From Fluviicola sp. (GTDB lineage: Bacteria > Bacteroidota > Bacteroidia > Flavobacteriales_D > Crocinitomicaceae): a DNA stretch of 64,000 nucleotides. Of the stretch, positions 18,999 through 28,703 are shown in pieces. The translations under genes and the position numbers were made by a program. The stretch spans positions 544,106 to 608,105 of the forward strand of contig NZ_JAQSWB010000002.1 in NCBI RefSeq assembly GCF_029266855.1. Direction: 5' to 3'. The first letter of the stretch is position 1. Every line of letters begins with the position of its first letter. Below the pieces are notes generated by a model, which saw only the letters and a program-made list of their open reading frames with translations, searched no databases and was not told the DNA's origin.

Positions 18999-19457
18999 AT
19001 GGGGTATCGGATTCTACTGTTTTTAATCGTCAATTTTGCTGCACTGGTAATCGGTGGACTTTTCACGCAATCCGGTGCCTCTTCGGAATGGTATCTTTCA
19101 CTGAATAAAGCACCGTGGACTCCACCTGGCTGGGTGTTTGGAGCTGCCTGGACAACGATCATGATCTGTTTCGCGGTTTATATGGCTTTAGCTACCAAAG
19201 GAGTGAAAAGGGTAGGCGTTTTAATGACTTTATTTATTCTCCAATGGATTTTGAATGTGACCTGGAATCCGGTATTCTTTTATTCTCATGAAGTGTTGGC
19301 AGGTTTAATAATTATTAGTGCATTAACACTTTTAATTGCTGGACTGTTATTCCGTTATTGGTCGGATTTGAAATGGAAATCGATCCTGATTCTGCCTTAT
19401 CTCATTTGGCTGGTGATCGCGACCTCACTGAATTGGTATATCCTGGAGAATAATTAG
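18999..19457 (+). CDS. tspO: TspO/MBR family tryptophan-rich sensory protein
   Basis: WYLSLNKAPWTPPGWVFGAAWT, WNPVFF, LPYLIW motifs. Confidence 0.9.
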   Translation: MGYRILLFLIVNFAALVIGGLFTQSGASSEWYLSLNKAPWTPPGWVFGAAWTTIMICFAVYMALATKGVKRVGVLMTLFILQWILNVTWNPVFFYSHEVLAGLIIISALTLLIAGLLFRYWSDLKWKSILILPYLIWLVIATSLNWYILENN

Positions 19458-19465
19458 GATTTGAA

Positions 19466-20776
19466 TTAATCCAAATCTGTTTTTTCCGGTTTTAGGTCGT
19501 GATTGATCCGGGAAGTCTTTTTGGTGTCTTTCATAAAGACATAGACAAACAGCGATAATGCAATACATCCGGTAATGTACCAGTAAAAATAAGATTTGTG
19601 CCCCGAGTTTTTGAACCACAAAGCAAGGTACTCTGCTGTTCCACCAAATAATGCTACAGTCAGGGCATAAGGTAATCCAACTCCCAGTGCACGAACTTCT
19701 GCCGGAAATAATTCTGCTTTTACTACAGCATTGATACTGGTGTATCCGCTCACAATGATCAATCCTGCCATCAGCAGGAAGAATGAGACCCAAACGGATT
19801 GTGTATTGCTGAGTGCCGTTAACAAAGGAACTGTGAAAATTGTTCCCAGAACTCCGAAACTAATCAAGAGGGGTTTTCTACCTATCTTATCCGATAAAGC
19901 ACCGAAAATTGGCTGTAGAATGACAAAGATCAGCAGGCTGATAAATGAAAGCAGGGTAGAGAGGTCTTTGCTCAAACCAACTGTGTTTACCAGGAACTTT
20001 TGCATGTAGTTGGTGTAAGTGTAAAAGGCAAGTGTTCCGCCGAGTGTCAGGCCTACTACTGTTAGGATAGCTTTTGGGTGTTTCAGCAATTCTTTGATCG
20101 TACCTTTCCTCTTCGTTCTTTTGAGAGCTTCAAATGCCTCCGTTTCATGCAGGTTTCTGCGAAGATATAAGGCAATAATGGCGAGCATAGCCCCGATAAC
20201 GAAGGGGATCCGCCAGCCCCAGCTGTGGAGTTGTTCTTCGCTGAGGATGAGTTTTTGCAGGATGAGCTGAATTCCCAAAGCAATCAGTTGGCCTCCAACC
20301 AGCGTAACGTACTGAAAACTGGAATAAAAACCCCGTCGATTTTCAGTGGCCATTTCACTTAAATAAGTTGCAGAAACGCCGTACTCACCGCCAACACTCA
20401 ATCCTTGCAGTAATCGTGCGAGCAGGAGAAGAATGGGAGCCAACACGCCGATGGTTTGATACGAAGGCGTTAATGCAATCAATAAGGATCCGAACGACAT
20501 AAGCAATACGGAAAGTGTCATGGCTTGCTTTCTTCCCAGCCGGTCAGCAATTCCCCCGAACATCCAGCCCCCGATGGGACGCATTAAAAAACCTACTGCA
20601 AAGATTCCTGCAGTATTAAGCAATTGTGCCGTAGCATTTGAGTCCGGGAAAAAAGCTCCTGAAAAATAAAGCGAAAAAGCAGAGTAAGCATACCAGTCAT
20701 ACCATTCCACCAGGTTTCCGATCGAGCCACCAATAATAGCTTTTAGGCGCTGTGCTGATATTTTTTCTTGTTTCAT
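19466..20776 (-). CDS. MFS transporter, MHS family (KgtP-like)
   Basis: GNLVEWYDW, GFLMRPIGG, LQGLSVGGEYG, WGWRIPF motifs. Confidence 0.9.
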   Translation of the reverse strand: MKQEKISAQRLKAIIGGSIGNLVEWYDWYAYSAFSLYFSGAFFPDSNATAQLLNTAGIFAVGFLMRPIGGWMFGGIADRLGRKQAMTLSVLLMSFGSLLIALTPSYQTIGVLAPILLLLARLLQGLSVGGEYGVSATYLSEMATENRRGFYSSFQYVTLVGGQLIALGIQLILQKLILSEEQLHSWGWRIPFVIGAMLAIIALYLRRNLHETEAFEALKRTKRKGTIKELLKHPKAILTVVGLTLGGTLAFYTYTNYMQKFLVNTVGLSKDLSTLLSFISLLIFVILQPIFGALSDKIGRKPLLISFGVLGTIFTVPLLTALSNTQSVWVSFFLLMAGLIIVSGYTSINAVVKAELFPAEVRALGVGLPYALTVALFGGTAEYLALWFKNSGHKSYFYWYITGCIALSLFVYVFMKDTKKTSRINHDLKPEKTDLD

Positions 20777-20853
20777 GCACCGTAAATTTAGAAAACAAAC
20801 GCGTTTTTCATGAGGAATTTACAGTTTTCGGATTTCAGAAGTATTTGCAGATC

Positions 20854-22254
20854 CTATTTCAGTTTTTCCGAAAAAACGCGAACACGCATATGTTGTGCTT
20901 CGCAACTAGCGCAGGTCACCAGCTCCTCGATCACAACAAATGTTGCCTGGTTGTGTTCAGTTAAACGATACTCACCACGTTTTAAAATCTTGCAATCTTT
21001 ACACATCGCCCCGGGATTTTCATAGATTGGCTTCAGGTATTGCTCTTTAAGCTTGGCCGCACGTTTGTCGAAAAACAATGCTGCACTTGATACAGTGGCC
21101 AGATTGACCCGTTCAAGATGCATTTCCACATCTTCATTTTCCCGGTAACTGACAGTGAACATTCCGGATGGTGTTACCATGAAAAAATGTGTTGCTTCCT
21201 CTGCTTCATAATAATTTAATTTGGGAGGAGAAATTCCATAGGTCATAATGTCGTATGGAATAACCAGGTCAGTCAACTTAAACTCGGATCCCGGATGAAT
21301 TTCTAATAGCTTATAATGAGCTGAGCGCTTGTTTCCTTCCCACAGATCAAGGGCATAATAATAAGCAATCCCGGACTTTTCCGGATCAGAAACAACCTCC
21401 ATTCTACCTGCGCTTGGTGAAGATCCTTTAGGAGGTTCAACCTGGAAAGAATATTCTTTTGATTCAACCGAAGTCGCCTCATCAACTGACCATATATCAA
21501 TATTTACCAACTGTGTTTTGGGTGTTGTATAATTATAAGCAAAGTACTGTTTACCATCAATGCTGCCGATAAAAAACGCTTTAGTGTCATCCTCTTTCGA
21601 AACAGGCACTTTATTCAGCAAGTGAACAGATACTTCGGCTCGGTTCGTTTCCCGGTGCAGGGTGATGCGTTTGACACAATTCTCCTTGATTCCCTTTTCC
21701 GGTTTGCCAGGACTGGTAAAAGATTTGCTGGTCGTCTGCATAGAAACGAGAAATACGGGATCACCATCCGCTGTAATATAGCTGTCAATTCTACCCAGGA
21801 AATAAGCGCCTTTTTTGAAGTTATCACAATCAGGATCCTCAAACAAAGCATGTGTAATTTCTGCTCCTTTTGTTCCCAGTTTTTCTACCATGATGCTTCC
21901 GCATCCCGAGATTCGCTGATCTTCTTTGTTTGATAGCCCATAATATTCCGGAAATAATACATAACGGGTGTCTGTCTTAGGATCAATCAGGGTATTGTCT
22001 GTATACAGAATCCTGGCTTTATAGTCTATTTTTTTTTCTGAGTCTAGTTTAAAAGGTCCTTCTTTGAGTTTTCCCTCTGAGGTATAGGAATAAATAGCGT
22101 CTTTAGAAAAATCCAGATCAAATGAACCATCATTGTAAATATAAGGTACCGGGTACCAGTGATTTTCTTTCGTATCTATATCGAATTCGACAGTTTGTGC
22201 GTTGCCTGTCAAATCAAAAACAGAACAAAGTAGAATAACAAAGAGATATTTCAT
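20854..22254 (-). CDS. Hypothetical secreted protein
   Basis: 466 aa, N-terminal signal peptide (..GNAQ); no family recognised. Confidence 0.7.
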   Translation of the reverse strand: MKYLFVILLCSVFDLTGNAQTVEFDIDTKENHWYPVPYIYNDGSFDLDFSKDAIYSYTSEGKLKEGPFKLDSEKKIDYKARILYTDNTLIDPKTDTRYVLFPEYYGLSNKEDQRISGCGSIMVEKLGTKGAEITHALFEDPDCDNFKKGAYFLGRIDSYITADGDPVFLVSMQTTSKSFTSPGKPEKGIKENCVKRITLHRETNRAEVSVHLLNKVPVSKEDDTKAFFIGSIDGKQYFAYNYTTPKTQLVNIDIWSVDEATSVESKEYSFQVEPPKGSSPSAGRMEVVSDPEKSGIAYYYALDLWEGNKRSAHYKLLEIHPGSEFKLTDLVIPYDIMTYGISPPKLNYYEAEEATHFFMVTPSGMFTVSYRENEDVEMHLERVNLATVSSAALFFDKRAAKLKEQYLKPIYENPGAMCKDCKILKRGEYRLTEHNQATFVVIEELVTCASCEAQHMRVRVFSEKLK

Positions 22255-22446
22255 TAGATGATTATTTGGTTCTGCGAAAGTACCTTTTTTTTAATAAATG
22301 TAGCGTTTTGAAAGAATTGTCATTTCTTTTTTTGGGGGACAAATAGGTCGTAAATACCCTACGATCTGTGACCTTATCTTTGTAATGTAATCAAGAGAGA
22401 TAGAGAAAATGACGATAAAAAAGACAAATCAAATAAACGAATAAAG

Positions 22447-22590
22447 ATCAACCTAACCTAACCACCCCAATCCATAGCGATCCACTCGGTGGATTTGCTA
22501 TCGGGTTAATCACCTAACCAACCAATCACTAATCAACCTAACCTAACCACTAAACGATTTGTTCCTTCTCTGACTTCATCAGAGAAGGAC
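22447..22590. repeat. 19-bp direct repeat ATCAACCTAACCTAACCAC x2 with interspersed hairpins; candidate sRNA
   Basis: Copies at 22447-22465 and 22532-22550; hairpins at about 22474-22502 and 22561-22590; TATCTTTG box at 22375. Confidence 0.55.
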
Positions 22591-22735
22591 AGTCGTATTT
22601 TACCATCAGATACTATCGTAATTAATTCGCAATTCGGAACTCGCATTTTGTTATTATGATCTATCTTTATTTGAAATTCAGATCCGGGCAAGACTTTCTT
22701 TTGAATTTTTAATTTTGCATTTTTAATTAAAACGC

Positions 22736-23260
22736 ATGATCTACTTACAATATGTTCAATCGCCATTTGGAGAACTGGTCCTTGGAGAATTCTCTGGTCA
22801 GTTATGTTTATGTGATTGGAAATACCGCAAAATGCGTGATCAGGTTGATATGCGGATCCAAAATGGATTACAAGCTGAATTTAAGCTGGAAGAAACCGAT
22901 TTTTTGAATGAAGTAAAATTCCAGCTCAATGAATATTTTGCCGGGGATCGCAAAAGCTTCGAGCTGCCTTTGCGCTTTGTCGGAAGTGACTTTCAAAAAT
23001 CTGTTTGGGAAAAACTGATTACTATTCCTTACGGTACAACCACCAGTTATATGGAATTATCCCGTTCCCTGGGAGACGAAAAAGCAATTCGTGCTGTGGC
23101 TACGGCAAATGGTGCAAATGCGCTTTCAATCATTGTTCCCTGTCACCGTGTTATCGGAAGTGATGGGAGTCTGACAGGCTATGCCGGTGGATTAAAAGCA
23201 AAACAAAAGCTTTTGCAGCTGGAGGGAATGAATTTTGGTGAGCAGCTGGAATTGTTTTAA
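22736..23260 (+). CDS. ogt: Methylated-DNA--protein-cysteine methyltransferase
   Basis: IVPCHRVIG active site; GSLTGYAGG. Confidence 0.95.
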   Translation: MIYLQYVQSPFGELVLGEFSGQLCLCDWKYRKMRDQVDMRIQNGLQAEFKLEETDFLNEVKFQLNEYFAGDRKSFELPLRFVGSDFQKSVWEKLITIPYGTTTSYMELSRSLGDEKAIRAVATANGANALSIIVPCHRVIGSDGSLTGYAGGLKAKQKLLQLEGMNFGEQLELF

Positions 23261-23417
23261 ACAGGACTTAAATGTTAATTAATCATTAAAAATACACTTC
23301 CGGTAAGTCTTAAGTGCCCTAAATTCAATCGGTTTCCAAAAGGATACTAGTATAAAAAAGAAATTGAAATGAAAACAATGGAATTATTTACCTAGGTTTG
23401 TATTTTTGAAATAAGAC

Positions 23418-23822
23418 ATGAATTTAAAGAAAGGATTATTGCTGGGACTAACCAGCGGGATAGTAGCCGGAGGTGTGAGCATGTTATACAACCAGGTTTA
23501 CAGCGAGGCATTTTATATCGATTTTAATTCGGTATTGAACGCAACCGGAATGTTCGGAGCTTGTATTATCGGCTGTTTACTTATGGGAACGGGCTATGTG
23601 ATCGCTGCACGATTGAAAAGACCGCTTTTGATTCCGATCTTAAATGTTTTATATTGCATCTTAAGTTTTGCAAGTATTATCGGAGTGCTGTCATTCAAAC
23701 TTCCTTTGGATGTAGAATTCCCTGAAATGTTCCCCGGACTGGCTGTTCCAATGCACTTCTTTCCGGCTTTAAGTTTCTTTGCATTGGTTCCATTCTTCTG
23801 GAAATACGAAACACGTAATTAA
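23418..23822 (+). CDS. Hypothetical membrane protein (about 4 TM)
   Basis: 134 aa, hydrophobic; PEMFPGLAVPMHFFP segment. Confidence 0.7.
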   Translation: MNLKKGLLLGLTSGIVAGGVSMLYNQVYSEAFYIDFNSVLNATGMFGACIIGCLLMGTGYVIAARLKRPLLIPILNVLYCILSFASIIGVLSFKLPLDVEFPEMFPGLAVPMHFFPALSFFALVPFFWKYETRN

Positions 23823-23935
23823 TTAATAACAAACAAGAGCAAGCACTGCTTGCGAAAAAAGATATCCGTGGTAGCGGATAATGAGAATTAGTAAATAAGT
23901 AAACAAATAAATACAAACAAATAAATAAAACAAAC

Positions 23936-24520
23936 ATGAAACGTCCAGTAACAATTATAGCAGCAGCTTTCGCAGGTTTGGCGCTATCTTTCACAGTCGC
24001 AACAACAGCAATTTGGTCATCAGACGCATCGCATTCAAGACTTGGTTTTACCGTTACTCATATGGGAATCTCTGACATGAATGGTAGCTTCAACGACTAC
24101 GAAGTAAAAATGACTGCAACAAAAGAAGACTTCTCTGATGCAAAAGTTGAGTTAACAGGTGATGTTAATAGCATCAACACAGCAAATGAAATGCGTGACG
24201 GTCACTTGAAAGGTGCAGATTTCTTTGACGCAGAGAAATTCCCGAAATTCACTTTCGTAAGCAAATCGTTTACAAAAGTTGCAAAGTCTAAAAACGAATA
24301 TAAAGTAGTTGGTGATTTGACATTACACGGTGTAACGAAAGAAATCACAATGACTGCTGTTCACAACGGAACAATCACAAATCCTATGAACAAAAAAGAG
24401 GTGAGTGGTTTCAAAATGACCGGAACTATCAACCGAATTGATTTCGGTGTTGGAGCAGCAAACCCTGGAATTGGTAACGACGTTAAAGTTACTGCTGACT
24501 TGGAATTGGTTAAAGAATAA
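23936..24520 (+). CDS. YceI family protein
   Basis: DASHSRLGFTVTHMG, SINTANEMRDGHLKGADFFDAEKFP, LTLHGVTK. Confidence 0.95.
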   Translation: MKRPVTIIAAAFAGLALSFTVATTAIWSSDASHSRLGFTVTHMGISDMNGSFNDYEVKMTATKEDFSDAKVELTGDVNSINTANEMRDGHLKGADFFDAEKFPKFTFVSKSFTKVAKSKNEYKVVGDLTLHGVTKEITMTAVHNGTITNPMNKKEVSGFKMTGTINRIDFGVGAANPGIGNDVKVTADLELVKE

Positions 24521-24522
24521 TC

Positions 24523-25053
24523 ATGAAAAAAATAGGTTTTTTTATGGCAATACTCCTCCTGATTGGGGGAGTATTTGCGTTCACACAGGTCAAAACCTGG
24601 AAAGTATCGAAAGATTACAGTGTTGAATTCTCTGCTAAAGGGGTTAACGGAATCTTTAAAACGTTTAGTGCTACCATCAATTTTGATGAAGCAAAACTTG
24701 CTGCTTCCAAGTTTGTAATGACAATCGATGTGAATTCGATCAATACCGGAAATGGCCTGCAAAACAAACACGCCCTGGGTGCTGAGTGGTTTAATGCAGA
24801 GAAATATCCGAACATCAAATTTACTTCTTCTTCTTTTGAAAAAACGGAGAAAGGGTATTCCGTAAAAGGAAAATTACAGGTGAAGGATGTCACTAAGGAT
24901 GTCACGATTCCGTTTACATTTACCAAATCAGGTAGCAAAGGGAAATTCGTTTCTTCGTTCACAATCGAACGCTCTGATTACAATGTAGGTAAACCTGGTG
25001 GTGATGTGGGGAACAACATCAAATTAAACGTTACAATACCTGTCACCAAATAA
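24523..25053 (+). CDS. YceI family protein
   Basis: SINTGNGLQNKHAL..WFNAEKYPNIKF; second paralogue in tandem. Confidence 0.9.
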   Translation: MKKIGFFMAILLLIGGVFAFTQVKTWKVSKDYSVEFSAKGVNGIFKTFSATINFDEAKLAASKFVMTIDVNSINTGNGLQNKHALGAEWFNAEKYPNIKFTSSSFEKTEKGYSVKGKLQVKDVTKDVTIPFTFTKSGSKGKFVSSFTIERSDYNVGKPGGDVGNNIKLNVTIPVTK

Positions 25054-25072
25054 TTTCAAATACCGAATTTGG

Positions 25073-25108
25073 AAAAGTCTCGTCTGCTTCGGTTGACGGG
25101 ACTTTTTT
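25073..25108 (+). terminator. Intrinsic terminator
   Basis: AAAAGTCTCGTC...GACGGGACTTTTTT. Confidence 0.75.
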
Positions 25109-25120
25109 GTTTAAAGGTAC

Positions 25121-25180
25121 CTTCGACTGCTGGTGACTGAGCGTTGAAAACCTTGACCGAAGCGTCCATGGGAGTCGAAG
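25121..25180. repeat. REP-like element (CTTCGACT ... AGTCGAAG)
   Basis: 8-bp terminal inverted repeat between convergent yceI and corA; a related GGAGTCGAAGT half-site lies near 14437. Confidence 0.5.
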
Positions 25181-26134
25181 TCACAGCCACTTCTTCCTCT
25201 TGAAATACCACAAGGTCAATACCGAAGAGCTGATCATCAACACAATGGCTATCGGATATCCGAAAGAAAAATTCAGTTCGGGCATCACCTGGAAATTCAT
25301 CCCGTAAATACTGGCGATAAGTGTTGGTGGCATAAAGATCACTGAAACAACGGTAAAGATCTTGATGATCTTGTTTTGTTCGATGTTCACCAAACCCATT
25401 AAGGTGTCCTGAAGATATTCCAGGCGTTCAAAACTGAATTGTGTATGCTGAAGCAGCGACATGACATCTTTCATGATAACGCGCAAGCGCTCCCCGGTTT
25501 CTTTGTCAATAAAAGGAGAACGCATTAAAGCTGAAATCAGGCGCTGTTTATCCGTGATACTTTCCCGGATCAAAATAGTGTTTTCCTGCAATTCTGCGAT
25601 CTTGCGAAGCGTTTTTTCCTCCGGATCGGATAAACTCTGTACTTTGCGGCTGATCACATTGGTAATACGGGTCAAACTTTCAATATAATCTGCATCCAGG
25701 TCGATCCGTGTTTCTAAAAGCAAGACCCATATCTGTGAGCCTGAACGAATAAAATCCTGTCGGGCAACCTTGATTTTCTTGACAACTTCTGCAAAAGATT
25801 GCAATTCGACTTCTCGGACTGTAAACAAGATATTTCCCTTCAATAAGAAAGAAACCGGATGAATCTTGGGTAAATCTTTCTCTTCTTTCAAAAATCCACT
25901 GTTGGCCTTGATCGAACGATTGTCCTCAGAATACCGCGAACTGCTCTCAATTTCCACTGCTTCCTTATAGGTTGGCAGCTTCACCTTAAAAAATGTGCAG
26001 ACCTGGTCCTTTTCTTCCTTGCTGGCGTGAAGTAAGTCAATCCACAAATACTTTTTATTAGGGTCGAGTACTGCTTTTTCAGGATATTTTTCCCAAACCA
26101 GCTCATTTTCGTGTGTGTAAAAAACGCGAATCAT
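25181..26134 (-). CDS. corA: Magnesium/cobalt transporter CorA
   Basis: PPTLIASIYGMNF signature, MPEL loop, two C-terminal TMs. Confidence 0.95.
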   Translation of the reverse strand: MIRVFYTHENELVWEKYPEKAVLDPNKKYLWIDLLHASKEEKDQVCTFFKVKLPTYKEAVEIESSSRYSEDNRSIKANSGFLKEEKDLPKIHPVSFLLKGNILFTVREVELQSFAEVVKKIKVARQDFIRSGSQIWVLLLETRIDLDADYIESLTRITNVISRKVQSLSDPEEKTLRKIAELQENTILIRESITDKQRLISALMRSPFIDKETGERLRVIMKDVMSLLQHTQFSFERLEYLQDTLMGLVNIEQNKIIKIFTVVSVIFMPPTLIASIYGMNFQVMPELNFSFGYPIAIVLMISSSVLTLWYFKRKKWL

Positions 26135-26261
26135 AAGGACAGATTTTGAGTTGAAAAATTAAGAGTTACAAAGATGACTTTTTTCCGCTGAAATCAACTA
26201 ATAACGGGGGCGTATTTTCATTTAGTTGCTTATAGATTCTTATTGATTGCACGTTAACCTG

Positions 26262-26375
26262 TTTGTCAGTTCGAGTATCCCGCATGCTGTTCTCGATACG
26301 TCCGACTGAAATGTGGACTCCTGATAGTTATCGGGGACGAACCGACATAAGCAGGATGTATCAAGAATTGACAAA
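26262..26375. repeat. REP/MITE-like element bounded by TTTGTCA...TGACAAA
   Basis: GTCAGTTCGAGT left end, GTATCAAGAATTGAC right end, internal TTCTCGATAC. Confidence 0.45.
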
Positions 26376-26376
26376 T

Positions 26377-26413
26377 AAAAAAAGAGAGTGGTAAACTAGA
26401 AACCACTCTCTTT
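26377..26413 (-). terminator. Intrinsic terminator (minus strand) upstream of corA
   Basis: AAAGAGAGTGGT-loop-ACCACTCTCTTT with an A-run on the plus strand. Confidence 0.65.
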
Positions 26414-26669
26414 CAGTCATGCCGGAAAAATCACTGCGATGTTACTTTTTCCGGGCATTGACCAACCAAATTGGTTTTTCTTTCACAAGAGGAACCAAGT
26501 CACGAAAGATCATGCTGCTAAATGAAAACACCATTTAGACACGAAAGGTTGCATCGTTTGAAAAAGAATTTTTACTGATGGAAAAATCTAAGATTTATAC
26601 AATTTTTTAAGCTCCGAATACCTGATTTCTGAATCATTAAAAGTATCTTAGGCTTACTTAATTCTGAAT

Positions 26670-28631
26670 ATGATTGGAAAACCACAACTCACCGAACAGC
26701 GGGAACAGCCTGTGTTTCACTTAGGATTGACCATGGCCGGTGCCGTTTCTGCCGGATGCTATTCTGCTGGAGTTATGGACTATTTGTTTGAAATTCTCGA
26801 CTTATGGGAAAGAGCGAAAGCCGGTCAGACTGAAATAGACCCGGACCTGATTCCAACTCATAAAGTGATCATTGAAGCTATGGGCGGAGCTTCGGCAGGT
26901 GGAATGACAACCATGATGTCGGGATTGTATGCTTTGGGAAACGAGATTAAACCCGTAACAAAGCCTTTGGGAGATTCTTACGGTCATCAGAATATACTTT
27001 ACGACAGCTGGGTTCATCTGAATGACGATCAGGAAAAAACGTTTAAAAAACTATGGAGCAACTCGGATTTTGATCAATCGGAGAATAAACTTTATTCTTT
27101 GCTGAACACTCAATCCATTGATGATATTGCCAAAAGAGCTTTTGATTATTATAGGTCAACCAACCTAAAAGAGAGTGTTAAAGCTTTGCCATCCTACATT
27201 TCGCAGGATCTGGAACTGATTTTATCACATACACTGCTTCGCGGAATTCCTCTGGAAGTGGATTTCTCAACCATAAGACGAAAAGGAGATGATTACCGGC
27301 CGACTCATACTTCGTACGAACATGCTTTGCTTTCGCATTTCAAGTTAAACTACGGAAACCCGGTTGATCCGGCTCATTATTTTTGGTTCAATCCGTATGA
27401 ACCGGCCGAAAGGGAACGAATGATCAATTCAACAATAGCTACAGGTGCTTTCCCGCTCGGATTGAAATTCCGGAAATTCTCAAAGAAACAGTTTTCTCCC
27501 AGCTACATCAAAAGTATGCTCAGACGGTCTATTTTCTCGGATTTCGGGAAAGTAAACCCGGATGAAACGAATATCCTATTGTTCGATAATCTGCCCGAAG
27601 ATTATGAAACGATCACAGTCGACGGTGGAGCTGTAAACAATGAGCCATACAGTGAAGTCGCAAGTATTGTCCATAACCGTGCTATGCAAAGCGGTACGGG
27701 TAAACTGAATTTCGGAGTAGTTATGATCGATCCATTTCCGGATATGATTGATAAAACGAAAGTCTATGCGGAAGAGGAAGATCTGATCAGTGTGGTTCCG
27801 GCTCTTCTTGCAACTTTGAGGCAGCAGTCGAAGATCAAGCGCAAAGAGATGATCGAAAAACTGTCAAAGGACTATGTAAAAGGCCAGATCTATCCCAAAA
27901 GAAATATTTACAATGCAAAAAAGCAAAAAGTAGGGGTGGAGAAGTATCCGATTGCAAGTGGATCTTTTGAAGCGTTTGGCGGATTCCTGGATGTGAAATT
28001 CAGGGAGCATGATTTTTTCCTGGGAAGAGATAATGCCCGCAATTTCTTCCGGTACTTTTTTAGTTTGCCTGAAGACGCGAAAAGTCCGATACATGAGCAC
28101 TGGACAGAGGAAATGAAACAGGTTTTCGGTTTCATACATAAAGATGAGAACAAACTGTATCTGCCCATTATTCCTGATTTGAAATTACTGGAAACGCTTC
28201 ACATGAACCGAAAGCTGGATGAAGCTGATCGGAATGAGCTCAAAAATAAAGCCTATCGTTTGTCGGGAATGGAATTTGCCTTGTACACGGTTCCCAATCG
28301 TCCGGAATACGATCCGACAGAATTGTTTGAAATGGAAAGTGTTATACAGGCCCGGTTCAAACGAATCCTGGAAGTGAGCAAGGCTCGTTTACTTGATACT
28401 AAAAAGTCCGAAGCGGAAAACAAAAAAAGCGCGAATTACGAAGAGTGGGTAAATGGATATTACTTTAAAAGTCCCTGGAAAAAGCTTGTTTCCAAGTGTA
28501 TCCGCATGGGAATCCACGTAGTTTTTTCATTGACAAAAAGATCACTGTCTAAAGCAATTACAGAATCGGCAATTAAGGCAATTATCAGCGACCTGGATGA
28601 GAAAAACCTCCTGGCAAAAGCAAAAAAATAA
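26670..28631 (+). CDS. Patatin-like phospholipase family protein
   Basis: AGAVSAG glycine-rich loop, GASAG nucleophile elbow, DGG motif. Confidence 0.85.
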   Translation: MIGKPQLTEQREQPVFHLGLTMAGAVSAGCYSAGVMDYLFEILDLWERAKAGQTEIDPDLIPTHKVIIEAMGGASAGGMTTMMSGLYALGNEIKPVTKPLGDSYGHQNILYDSWVHLNDDQEKTFKKLWSNSDFDQSENKLYSLLNTQSIDDIAKRAFDYYRSTNLKESVKALPSYISQDLELILSHTLLRGIPLEVDFSTIRRKGDDYRPTHTSYEHALLSHFKLNYGNPVDPAHYFWFNPYEPAERERMINSTIATGAFPLGLKFRKFSKKQFSPSYIKSMLRRSIFSDFGKVNPDETNILLFDNLPEDYETITVDGGAVNNEPYSEVASIVHNRAMQSGTGKLNFGVVMIDPFPDMIDKTKVYAEEEDLISVVPALLATLRQQSKIKRKEMIEKLSKDYVKGQIYPKRNIYNAKKQKVGVEKYPIASGSFEAFGGFLDVKFREHDFFLGRDNARNFFRYFFSLPEDAKSPIHEHWTEEMKQVFGFIHKDENKLYLPIIPDLKLLETLHMNRKLDEADRNELKNKAYRLSGMEFALYTVPNRPEYDPTELFEMESVIQARFKRILEVSKARLLDTKKSEAENKKSANYEEWVNGYYFKSPWKKLVSKCIRMGIHVVFSLTKRSLSKAITESAIKAIISDLDEKNLLAKAKK

Positions 28632-28703
28632 TTATCAGTTCCTAATAATCAAGACGGATACTTCCTTGATAATCAAACCATTCATAATTGATAATTGATA
28701 ATT
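28630..28703. repeat. AATTATCA...ATAATTGATAATT palindromic element
   Basis: Shares ends with elements at about 40128-40198 and 41269-41312. Confidence 0.5.

Noticed and set aside
22561-22590. Hammerhead ribozyme (CUGAUGA on the minus strand)
   Set aside because: No stem II or GAAA core follows; CUGAUGA is simply the loop side of a perfect hairpin.
26670-28631. CBASS CapV-type effector
   Set aside because: No CD-NTase, Cap2/3 or other defence gene is adjacent.
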